Of a DNA stretch of 43,947 nucleotides, positions 25,679 to 36,000 are shown piece after piece. The notes below the pieces were generated by a model, which did no database searches, was not told where the DNA came from, and worked only from the letters and a program-made list of their open reading frames with translations. Source of the DNA: Clostridiales bacterium (GTDB lineage Bacteria; Bacillota; Clostridia; Caldicoprobacterales; UBA3941); contig JAAYTG010000025.1 of assembly GCA_012518075.1 (NCBI GenBank), positions 1 to 43,947 on the forward strand, read 5' to 3'. The first letter of the stretch is position 1; each line of letters opens with the position of its first letter. The translations under genes and the position numbers were made by a program.

Positions 25679-26528
25679 TTTTGGACCTCCTTTTTAAGAA
25701 ACTAAAAGGCCCCATATCAGTTTCTGGAGAGTATATTGACTCCAAAACACTTTTCAAGCCATCTATATCCAGATAACGTGTCAGTTTGCCACCACTAGCC
25801 ATGGATATTACACCCGTCTCTTCAGACACGATTATAGACAGGGCATCTGAACTCTCTGATATCCCTAGTGCTGCCCGATGTCGTGTCCCTAATTGCTTGC
25901 TCAAATTAGGGTTTTCTGTTAGTGGAAGGAAGCATCCAGCTGCGGCAATTCTATCTCCTCGGATTACAACAGCACCATCGTGTAATGGTGTATTAGGGAT
26001 GAAAATGTTTTCTAGCAATTCCTTGGTTAGTCGTGCATCAACCCAAATTCCAGTTTCTATTATTTCGCTTATTCCTGTCTGTTTTTCTATTACTATAAGG
26101 GCGCCGGTTCTTGTTTTAGACATATTGGCTACAGCGGTTGCTATCCCATCTACAATACTTATGGCATCCCTATCCTTATCATCTCGAATCAAAAGAGATC
26201 TATCAAAGATACGGCCTCTTCCAATCTGTTCCAATGCCCGCCTAATCTCAGGATGAAAAACAATTACCCCCGCGGTAATACCAAAATTAATGGTATTCTC
26301 TAAAATCCATGCTATAGTATTAAGTCTTAGACCTTTGCTTATAAAGTATATAAAAAATATGAAAATCAAGCCCTTAAGTACTTGCTCCGCTCTTGTTTTT
26401 CTAATGAGTAGAAGAAGCTGGTACATTACGAAGGCCACAATAATAATATCTATAACATGTTGTATGACATAGGGAAACTGCAAATAAGGCTCCAATCGTT
26501 GAAGCAAATCAGATATCATTGCCCACAT
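25671..26528 (-). CDS. cdaA: Membrane-bound diadenylate cyclase (c-di-AMP synthase).
   Basis: 285 aa with three N-terminal TM helices. The DAC domain carries GALIVIE, PLHDGAVVI and GTRHRAALG. Confidence 0.93.
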   Translation of the reverse strand: MWAMISDLLQRLEPYLQFPYVIQHVIDIIIVAFVMYQLLLLIRKTRAEQVLKGLIFIFFIYFISKGLRLNTIAWILENTINFGITAGVIVFHPEIRRALEQIGRGRIFDRSLLIRDDKDRDAISIVDGIATAVANMSKTRTGALIVIEKQTGISEIIETGIWVDARLTKELLENIFIPNTPLHDGAVVIRGDRIAAAGCFLPLTENPNLSKQLGTRHRAALGISESSDALSIIVSEETGVISMASGGKLTRYLDIDGLKSVLESIYSPETDMGPFSFLKRRSKND

Positions 26529-26672
26529 ACTTCCACCCCCACTTCGGTAAACGGTTAAGCTTTTGTATTATTAATAATTATAACACTTTTACATAGGGTT
26601 TTACCATAGTTAGTGCAAAAATTATGTTTATATCCTATAGCATTATTCACGTATCCTTGAAATTTAAAGAAT

Positions 26673-27650
26673 TTACATGATTACCGGTACAAACTGATTA
26701 CAATTATTGCACCTACCATTACTAATTCCCATAGCATCTACCCTATAATAGTCCCTATTGATTAATAATTCATCACATATATGGCAGTAGGAGTTGATAT
26801 CTATTCCCTGTAGATTTCCTAAGTATACATAGTTGAGATATCTGTCTGCCAGCTTTTTTAATGATAGCATAGTTTCTATTAGAGTCGTCGGTCTATCCAT
26901 CTTATAATTTGGATAATAACGAGAAAGATGCAAAGGAATGTTGGGATCTATTCTCTTTATCCATTGAAACATATTCTCCATTAATTCAGCATCATCGTTA
27001 AGATCACCAATAACCAGGGTAGTCAGCTCTATATGACATTTTTTTGCTGCTATTTTTACAGTCCTTTTTATAGGATTCAGGCTTCCACCACAAATTTCTT
27101 TATAGTATCGGGGATTAAAACCCTTTACATCAATATTCATAGCATCTATCAATGGTAGTATTTTTTCAAGAGGCTCTGGCATAATATAACCATTGGTAAT
27201 CAACACAATCTTTAAATTATAGTCCTTTGCCAAGGTTGCTGTATCAAAAATATATTCATAGTTTATAATAGGTTCATTGTAGGTGAAAGCGATACCTATG
27301 CTATTATGTTTTTTAGCTATGGCTATTAGTTCCTCAGGCGAAATAAACCTAGTACTGCCTTCTTGATGTGCAATATGCCAGTTTTGACAAAATGAACATT
27401 TTAGGTTACACCAAAGGCCACCCACAGATAGAATATCAGTGCCTGGATAAAAGTGATATAAGGGTTTTTTCTCTATAGGATCCATTGCTATGGCAGATAT
27501 TCGCCCATAACCTGTAGCAATTAGTCTATCATCCTGGTTCACTCTCACATGACAGGTGCCCGCTTCCCCTTCTTTTATCAAGCAGAGATTGGGACATAGT
27601 CTACAGCCCAATCCTTCCTCTTTTTTTGAATAAAATAGTGCTTCTTTCAC
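26673..27650 (-). CDS. amrS: AmmeMemoRadiSam system radical SAM enzyme.
   Basis: 325 aa. CNLKCSFCQNW (CxxxCxxC). Extra Cys clusters lie near the N-terminus (CRLCPNLC...C) and the C-terminus (CHIC...CNNC). The GTG start overlaps the stop of the AMMECR1 gene (GTGA). Confidence 0.8.
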   Translation of the reverse strand: MKEALFYSKKEEGLGCRLCPNLCLIKEGEAGTCHVRVNQDDRLIATGYGRISAIAMDPIEKKPLYHFYPGTDILSVGGLWCNLKCSFCQNWHIAHQEGSTRFISPEELIAIAKKHNSIGIAFTYNEPIINYEYIFDTATLAKDYNLKIVLITNGYIMPEPLEKILPLIDAMNIDVKGFNPRYYKEICGGSLNPIKRTVKIAAKKCHIELTTLVIGDLNDDAELMENMFQWIKRIDPNIPLHLSRYYPNYKMDRPTTLIETMLSLKKLADRYLNYVYLGNLQGIDINSYCHICDELLINRDYYRVDAMGISNGRCNNCNQFVPVIM

Positions 27651-29056
27651 TGGTGCCTAATCACCTCAAATCTTTTCATTTTGTAGGGTTCATCTTCTTT
27701 AATTCCTGCCTTTTCTAAGGCTATGGCTACCTGCTCTCTTGGATTATTGATACCTTCTAAATTAGGGAGAAGTAGCCCATTTCTTGAACCACAACTTACT
27801 ATGACACCATACATCTTTACATTAAGTTGATCCATTGACTGGATAGCTTCTGGTTTCTTTAACACATCTACGGAATATACTAGGCTATCGAGTTCTTCTT
27901 CCTCTACAGGTAGAAATCTTGGATCCCTTGTCCCAGCACTTATAGCATTATGAATAATCTCTTCAGCAATACTACTTCTGGCAGGCTCCATGGTCCCTAT
28001 ACACCCCCGGAGTTGACCATGTTGCTTTATGGTTACAAAAATACCTGCCCGATCTTCTAGCATAGCTTTTGGTAATTCCTTATCTATGGCTTTCACCCTA
28101 CCATGTCGGATGTACTCTTCTATTGACTGCCTCGCCAACCTAACATATGCATCCTCATTTTCTCTTAGCTTCTTTATTTCCAAGTCCTTATCTCTTAGTA
28201 GATTATCCATTAACAAACGAGAATTATCTGCTTGCCCAGGGTCAAAGGATGCTACACAGTAACCAACTCCGAAAGGCCCCTCATAAGACAAGATTTTCGA
28301 GCTAAAGGCTTGTCCTTCTAAAGCTCCCATAGCCATGATAATGGAACGCAGTCCACATTCTGCACCTTCTTCTATCAACTGGGGATCAAGCTTTAATAGA
28401 CCTTCAACATCCCCTTCTCTTATCAAGGAAACAATTTCTTTATCCAATTTTTCACCTGCGGGATGATAACCATATGGTCCATCCTCCTTCAAGCGGTGGG
28501 ATAGGTCCCCACTAGCAATAATTATAACATTTTCATCTTGGCTTTCTATAGCTTTTTTCATGGCTATCCCAAAAGCATATAATTGATGAAAGGGTAATTG
28601 TGAGATGCCCATGGTAACCAGTTTATAGTTAGAATATTGTTGGTTGATAAAGTATAGAGGAACTAAAACTCCCCAGTCTAAAAGGCTGTCTATATCATAT
28701 GTAGAGCACATGATGTCATCTAATTCAATAGCTAGAACATCCATCTTCTGAGCTTCATAAATGATCCCTTTAATTAGAGATTGGTTGCAATGAAAGCCCA
28801 TAGAGATTTTGGGTACACCAAACCATGAGAAATCCCCCTTGAGCATGGCTTCTGACCTTATTCCAATCCCATCAGAAAATACTGGACCATGAGGACTTAT
28901 TACTACAATGGTATCGGGTTTCTTGTCCTGTATTTCTAGGCTAACTGTCTCCATAGATTCAACTGTTGCCTGCGCCTTTCCCTCTTGGTCTTTTCCTATT
29001 TCTTCAATAATTATTGGTGGATGAGGGGTTAAGTATATACCTGTAATTTTTCCCAT
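27647..29056 (-). CDS. amrA: Fusion protein: N-terminal class III extradiol dioxygenase (LigB)-like / Memo-equivalent domain plus C-terminal AMMECR1 domain (AmmeMemoRadiSam protein A).
   Basis: 469 aa. The N-terminal ~280 aa carry LTPHPP, ISPHGP and ASGDLSHRL (LigB-type). The C-terminal ~180 aa carry GQLRGCIGT (AMMECR1 signature). Confidence 0.8.
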   Translation of the reverse strand: MGKITGIYLTPHPPIIIEEIGKDQEGKAQATVESMETVSLEIQDKKPDTIVVISPHGPVFSDGIGIRSEAMLKGDFSWFGVPKISMGFHCNQSLIKGIIYEAQKMDVLAIELDDIMCSTYDIDSLLDWGVLVPLYFINQQYSNYKLVTMGISQLPFHQLYAFGIAMKKAIESQDENVIIIASGDLSHRLKEDGPYGYHPAGEKLDKEIVSLIREGDVEGLLKLDPQLIEEGAECGLRSIIMAMGALEGQAFSSKILSYEGPFGVGYCVASFDPGQADNSRLLMDNLLRDKDLEIKKLRENEDAYVRLARQSIEEYIRHGRVKAIDKELPKAMLEDRAGIFVTIKQHGQLRGCIGTMEPARSSIAEEIIHNAISAGTRDPRFLPVEEEELDSLVYSVDVLKKPEAIQSMDQLNVKMYGVIVSCGSRNGLLLPNLEGINNPREQVAIALEKAGIKEDEPYKMKRFEVIRHQ

Positions 29057-29155
29057 TTAATGATTTCCTTTCTATTTAATAGTATACAAAATAATTGAAG
29101 GGCAGCAGTATCTCTATAGCCGTGAATTAGAGCTTTTCCATATAGAGTATGAAAC

Positions 29156-29869
29156 TTAAGAGCCCGATAAATAGCTTATAATACCACAATAGATAGCCCA
29201 AGCCACCTCTTCTTGATAATCATCAGTAGTCAGTAAGGTTTCTTCCTGTGGATTTGACAAAAAACCACATTCTACTAACACCGAAGGACTTTGAACTGCT
29301 TTTAGAATTAGAAAGCTATCCGAAGCTTTTATCTCCCGCTTATTCCCCCTGTTCAATACACGAATCAATTGCTCTTGAATGGATTGGGCTAGTCGCTTAC
29401 CTTCTTCACTACCCTTCATGTAGAAGGTCTGAGCACCAAAATATTGGGGCTGTCCAAACTGATTTAGATGTATACTAATAACCATATCTGGATTCGCTTT
29501 TTCTAGAATTTCCACTCTTCTTGACATGTCTTGCCTTTTCCTGGAGCCGGTATAGTCCTTATCATATAGGCCTTCATCGCTTTTTCGTGTCATTACCACT
29601 TTTGCGCCTTCATTTTCTAAATAGGTCTGAAGCTTTTTTGCAATTCTTAAGTTGATTTCATCTTCCCGTACTCCACTTTTGCTGACAGCACCTGGGTCAA
29701 TACCCCCATGTCCTGCATCAATAGCAACGGTTACCCCATAAGCTGGAGAACCGAAAGTCGATAAAGCTTTTTCATTCTTATATCTTACCACATATAAGCT
29801 GGCTATAGCCACACCAATTATTATCCAGACTACAAAAAGCCGTCTCCTACTGATAAAATACACTTTCAT
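29156..29869 (-). CDS. cwlD: Germination-specific N-acetylmuramoyl-L-alanine amidase (CwlD type, Amidase_3).
   Basis: ATG at 29869 with GGGGG 8 nt upstream; the ORF-track start is 29899. N-terminal TM helix. AIDAGHGGIDPGA, SIHLN and VLVECGFLSN motifs. ~237 aa, as in B. subtilis CwlD. Confidence 0.85.
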   Translation of the reverse strand: MKVYFISRRRLFVVWIIIGVAIASLYVVRYKNEKALSTFGSPAYGVTVAIDAGHGGIDPGAVSKSGVREDEINLRIAKKLQTYLENEGAKVVMTRKSDEGLYDKDYTGSRKRQDMSRRVEILEKANPDMVISIHLNQFGQPQYFGAQTFYMKGSEEGKRLAQSIQEQLIRVLNRGNKREIKASDSFLILKAVQSPSVLVECGFLSNPQEETLLTTDDYQEEVAWAIYCGIISYLSGS

Positions 29870-29994
29870 ATGTGCTACCCCCAAGACTATTTTCTCCACT
29901 ATAACTATTTATGTCACTTATAAAATATTCCTTTGGGGGCTTGACCTATGCATCCTTTACCATTTTCATCTTATCATATTTGGGACAATAATTC

Positions 29995-30035
29995 TAAAAT
30001 AATGAGAGAAGGAACTGCTTGTATTAAGCAGTTCC
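29995..30035 (-). terminator. Intrinsic terminator of the giant glucan-synthase gene.
   Basis: Perfect 10-bp stem GGAACTGCTT / AAGCAGTTCC (30011-30035) with a 5-nt loop and a T-rich tail on the minus strand. The stop codon (30024-30026) lies inside the hairpin. Confidence 0.75.
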
Positions 30036-33000
30036 TAAAATAACCCTTATTTTATGTTCAAGCTCTTTATCTGTAAGCATTATTGATTTATCTTCGACTT
30101 CTACATCATCCAACCATAGTTTCCTGACCCCCCTATTCACCCTTTCAGGGTTATCCACTCTAATTCTATAGATGCTACTTTTATATCTGTAGACCATATC
30201 AAATCCTTCCCAATGGTTGGGTATACAAGGATCTATATGGAGTCTCCCATCTCTTAGCTTTAAACCAAGAATCCATTCAACTCCCACCCGATACATCCAA
30301 GCCGCTGAGCCAGTATACCAGGTCCATCCTCCTCGTCCAACATGGGGCTCTACGGTATATACATCTGCAGCCATAACATAGGGCTCCACTTTATATTTGT
30401 TTATCTCAATCCATGTTTGACTGTGATTAATAGGATTGATCATATTGAAAAACTCCCACGCCTTGTTTCCATCCCCCATCATTGCCTTGGCGAGTATGGT
30501 CCATACGGCTGCATGGGTATATTGACCGCCATTTTCCCGTACCCCTGGAACATAACCTTTTATATAACCTGGTTCTAAAGCAGCCTTATGGAAAGGAGGG
30601 GTTAATAGTTGTATTATACCCTCTTCTCTTCGTACTAAATGATTTTCCATGGCTCCTATAGCAATCTTTGTTCGAGATGGATCTCCAGCACCTGATATTA
30701 TAGCCCAGGATTGAGATATTGCATCAATCTGACATTCCTCATTTTGTTCAGATCCAAGAGGAGTTCCATCATCGAAGTATGCCCTTCGATACCATCCTCC
30801 ATCCCATCCATTCCTATTAATTGCTTCCTTTAACTTTTCCGCTACTTCTAGATATCTCTTTGCATTTTCTAAATCATTACGTTGCCTGCATATTGGAATA
30901 AATCTATCTAGGACAGTATACAAAAACCAGCCTAGCCACACGCTTTCTCCTCGACCCTCAATACCAACCTTGTCCATTCCATCATTCCAATCCCCTCCAC
31001 CCATTAATGGTAATCCATGCTGACCAAAGGATAGGGATTTCTCTATTGCTCTTATACAATGTTCATAGATACTTGCTGTGTCTTCAGATATCCCAGGCGT
31101 ATTGTATCTATCCTCTTCATCTTCTCTTAATGGTTGGTCTACTAAATAGTGGGTTTTTTCATCCAATATACTCCAATCACCTGTTCCCATAATATAATCT
31201 GCTGTAACGTAGGGCAGGAATAGGAGATCATCAGTGATTCTAGTCCTAATCCCCCTGTGAGGAGGATGCCACCAGTGTTGGACATCTCCTTCTGTAAATT
31301 GATGTTCACTACTAAGGAGAATCTGCTCTTTCATCCTGCTGGGATCACTATATACCAAAGCTAGAACATCCTGCAGTTGATCTCGGAATCCAAAAGCTCC
31401 TCCTGCTTGATAAAATCCTGTTCTAGCCATGATCCGGCTGCTGAGAGTTTGATATAGTAACCATCTATTTAACATAATATTCATAGACTCATCGGGAGTT
31501 GTAACCTCTATTGTCCTTAGCTTGTCATCCCAAGCTTTCTTAACCCTTTCTAATGCTTTATGTGCTTCTTCAACATTGGTATAATCTTTTATGATACTTT
31601 TAATCTCTTCCTCATTCTCCCCCTGTCCTAGAACAAAGATTACATCCTCTTCTTGGCCTGGCTGAATATCCAAAGTTACTTGTATAACCCCACAAGGGTC
31701 TAATCCCGAACCAACCCTTCCGGATAAAGCTTCTCTCTTGAGGGCTAATGGTGTCTCCATAGAGCCATTTCTTCCAATAAATTCAGTCCGATCCCCTGTT
31801 ATTCCGGCACATGACCTGTTAGATGCGATGAAGGCAATCTTTCCTTGAAATTCTTCGTTGTAGGGATTAAGGGCAAAGATAGCGTTTAATTCCTTATCCT
31901 CCATGGTGGTGATAAACTGATTGCTTGGAATAGGATTTACTCCGCACACCCATTCCACATAAAAAGTCAAAGAAATTCTCCTTGTCCTTTGGGAATTATT
32001 ATCTAGTTGTATGTGGTAGTACTTTATCGGCTGATCAGGACTTACAAACATAATCTGTCTCTGTTTTAGACGTTTTCTATCATGCTCAAAGACAGAATAA
32101 CCCTGGCCATGCCTTATGATGTATTCTCCTGAACTACGGATAGGTCCAGGAGTAATAGACCAAATAACTCCTGTATCTTCATCTCGTATATAAACTGCTT
32201 CACCAGGGGGGTCCACAATAGGATCATTAGACCACGGTGTAAGTTTATTCTCCCGGCTATTGCCATACCAAGTATAGCCTGCCCCAGACTCGGTAACTAA
32301 AAATCCAAATTCTTCGTTGGACACAATATTACTCCAAGGCATAGGTGTGGTTATATTATTAGTAAGCCTAATCACATATTCCCTGCCATCGGAGCTAAAG
32401 CCACCAATATTATTAAAGAACACAAGCTTTGGCTCCTTTTTTACCGGATACTCAAATTCTTCTTCCAAATTATCATACTCTTTCTCTTTAATATCAGGAA
32501 GGTCTTTCTCAGTATCTAAACTCTCAATTTGAGAAGCCAATGAACCACGCTGTCCATCAATTATTATCCTTGATGCATAAACTAAAAGATTTACGTCCTC
32601 CTCTGACATCAAGCTGACTGACAATAAGTATACACCACCAGGTTTATCTTGTAGTTCTCTTAAATGACTAATGGTGAGTAACTCCCTGATCCCTTCTTGT
32701 ACAGGCTGCTCATAGCTATTGCCGTATTCATTTAGTATTACCAGATCTACATATATCCCCTTAAGCCGCCAATACTCATGGATGGATATCATTTGCTTAA
32801 CTATTTCCAATTGATCTATAGCGCTTACTCGTATAGTAACTATTGGCAAGTCACCTGAAATTCCATAGGTCCATAGCCCGCTTTGTCCCTTATTGTTTTC
32901 TACAGATTCCAAAATGGATCTTCTAGTTGGACTAGTATAGATAATATATGAAAGTAACTTTTGATATAAATTGACCTCAGAAGATGAGATGTTCAGATAT

Positions 33001-36000
33001 CTCATTTCAACTTGACTATGGGTCCAGGCTAATTCAAAGGCTCTGGATATGACAGCTCTGTTCTGATAATCCCTAGCCAGACTTATAGCTTCATCCCTTG
33101 TATCTGCAATAGCCACTACATAGGACAATTTTGCTGCTTCCCCTGGGTCTATGCTTACCCGCTGTCTAAGGCTCATTATAGAATCTAATACGGCGCCTAT
33201 AGTATTACTAAGAGGCTGGTCCGAATCCATAGCCCTAGGATTACTTAAGTTTCGACCACGACCTATAAATTTGGCCCTATCAGTCTCGTATTGTATTGTG
33301 CTTACAGCATTACCCTCAGTAACAAGGCAATGGGCCAGCCACATCTGCTTTTGCTCTTTTCTTCTAGGTCGCCTAGTCATAAGTAGTATATCGTGTTCTT
33401 CGACAAATTCAGTCTCTACAAAGAGATTCACAAAAGCAGGATGAGCACCATCATCCTGCTGAAATGCCAGTATTGGCTCAAAATAGCTGGTTACTTCTAA
33501 TACCCTATTATGCTTACTATGATTACTTAGAGAAATCTTTCTAATCTCTACATTATGCTCTGGAGAGACTACAACTTCTGTCTTTGTCTCTATGTTACCG
33601 TCCTTTCGACTAAAAATTGCTTTATCTGCCTCAAAAACAACTTCATATTTTTCGCCAGCATCTAGGCAGGGCTGATAGGCAGATGACCAATAATGATTGG
33701 AGTTGAGATTTTTAATATAGAAAAACATACCCCAGTTGTCTCTGGTTACATCTTCTCGCCAGCGATTAATTCCTAACCCCTTATATTGACTAAATCCACC
33801 TCCACTGTTGGTTACAATGGTTGAATAAAAGTTATTTGATAAAACACATACCTCGGGTATAGGAGTATGGGCCGTATCAATAATATGTCTAGCTTGAATT
33901 TCATGGAAGCTTTTCTTTTCTGTATCTATATCCATAATCTCGTGATCAGCCTTGTAATCCTTGATTAGGATTTCTTTTTGTGGGATCCTTTCTTGGAGCA
34001 ATAACTCCGTAGCTTTTACCATTGGTAGAGCATGAAAACGCTCTTGCATAATATTGTTGTTTAAATAGTTGTTGAGAGCCAAAAAGATCATTCCCTGATG
34101 ATGAACCATATAGGTCTTAACGATCATGCTCTTTCTTTTATGAGGAACTCTCTCAGGGGTATAATCAATGGATTCATACATGCCATAATTACCCTGCATG
34201 CCTTCAGCTACCAGATTCTCTATATTCTTCATAGTAGCTAAAGGATCTATAGTTAATGCCATAATTGAAGCGTATGGTGACACCACAATATCCTTTATTA
34301 AGCCCGTCTTGAGCCCTAGTTTAGGTACACCAAAGGCTTTATACTGATAGTTGAGTTTAAGGTCAAATGCATAAAAGGCTGACTCGGAAACTCCCCAAGG
34401 GACATGCCTTTGATCGCCATACTGTTTTTGCCCTTTTATAACTGTCTGATAGGTTTCATTCCACAAGGTATTATTATAGTTTTTCATTATAAGCAGAGGC
34501 ATTAGATACTCAAACATGGTTCCACCCCAGGATAGCAAGCATCTGGAATCCCCTACTAATGTCAGTGAACGTGCTAGTTTAAACCAATGCTTTTGGGGAA
34601 TATCCCCTTTTGCGATAGCTATAAAGCTTGTTTGTCGCGCTTCTGAAGCCAATAGATCATAATGAACATCCTGCAACTCATCGGCCTCAATATCATAACC
34701 TATAGAAAATAGCTCCTTTTTTTCATCGTATAAGGCACCAAAGTCCATTTTATGGAATATTTCCTCTATCCAAGCTACTAGTCTTTTGATTCTTTTAGCA
34801 ATTTTCCGGGCTTCCATATGGGATTCACCCAAGGCTATCTCAAGTTGCTTGAGCCAGCTTGTAATTTCCTGATATTGCTTTTCAGATGGTCTAGTTCGAC
34901 GCAAAGATAATATTACTTTGGACAAGTTATCTAAAATATCATTGTAATCATCTAGAATTCTCTTGAAGGAAAAATCCCTATTTAAGCTATCCATCAGTTT
35001 ATGAAAGTTTTCCTTTATCTCTTCAGATAAGCCGTTTTCGCCTAAAATACTCTTGGGAGTCTCTAACAATAGGTCCACCCAGGGGGCAACTTCTTCAATT
35101 TCATTTTTAAACTCTTCTATCTGCCTATCGGTATAATCGCCGATTTCATCTAATTGATTCAATGTAAGTTTCCATTCAGTTAAAGTAACTGTCTCCCTTG
35201 CCTCCAACATCCTTATAAGAGATGGTATTGATCGACCTTTTTTTTCGAAATCTAATATTATACTATCTTTGAGTCCTAAGATCATCTCCCTGCCTATTAA
35301 TGGTCTTGACAATAACTCATTTATACCTTGTTTAAGTAATATCAAGTAGCAGGCTAGATTTCCACTATCTACCGATGAGACGTATCGTGGTTTTAAGGGC
35401 TGGAGAGTTAAGGTATCATACCAATTATAGAAATGACCTTTCCAAGTCTCCAGTTTCCTTAGGCTCTTAAAAGTATTCTCCAACCTGTCCAATACATTGG
35501 AGCTGCTAATATAACCTAAATCCCGGGCTGATAGAGTAGCAACCAAAGCGATGCCTATATTGGTAGGTGAAGTCCTGTGAGCTAATCCTATCTTAGGCTC
35601 CTCCTGATAATTGTCAGGAGGCAACCAGTTGTCCTGACTGCTTACAAATTCATCGAAGTATTTCCATGTGTTTCTACCGATCATGCGTAATTTGTGTATT
35701 TGTTCTTCCGATAATTCAGGTGTTTCTTTATATTTGGGCTGACTAATCCTGTGAGCTATTAGGGGGGACAAAAGCCAAATAATAGATATTGTAAGGGGAA
35801 TAAGAAGACTAGAACTTCTTAAGAGCACTACCCAAATAAAAAATCCCACTGCTACAATCATGGCCGGTAACATCTTCTTCCAATAGTCCTCTAATGATCC
35901 CTTAAATCTCCTATCAGTATCCGCAGCAGTTACCCATTCCAATAAGTTTTTCCGAGTAAAGAACACCCTAACAAGAGTCCGAACTATGGCATCAGTCATC

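Noticed and set aside
25786-26256. 156-aa plus-strand ORF.
   Set aside because: It lies entirely antisense within cdaA, has a Ser/Pro/Ile-rich shadow-frame composition, and has no SD.
29057-29155. 7-bp inverted repeat CTCTATA...TATAGAG between cwlD and the AMMECR1 fusion gene, considered as a terminator.
   Set aside because: It has a 21-nt loop and no U-tract, so it does not look like an intrinsic terminator. Any function is unclear, and the evidence is too weak to report as a feature.
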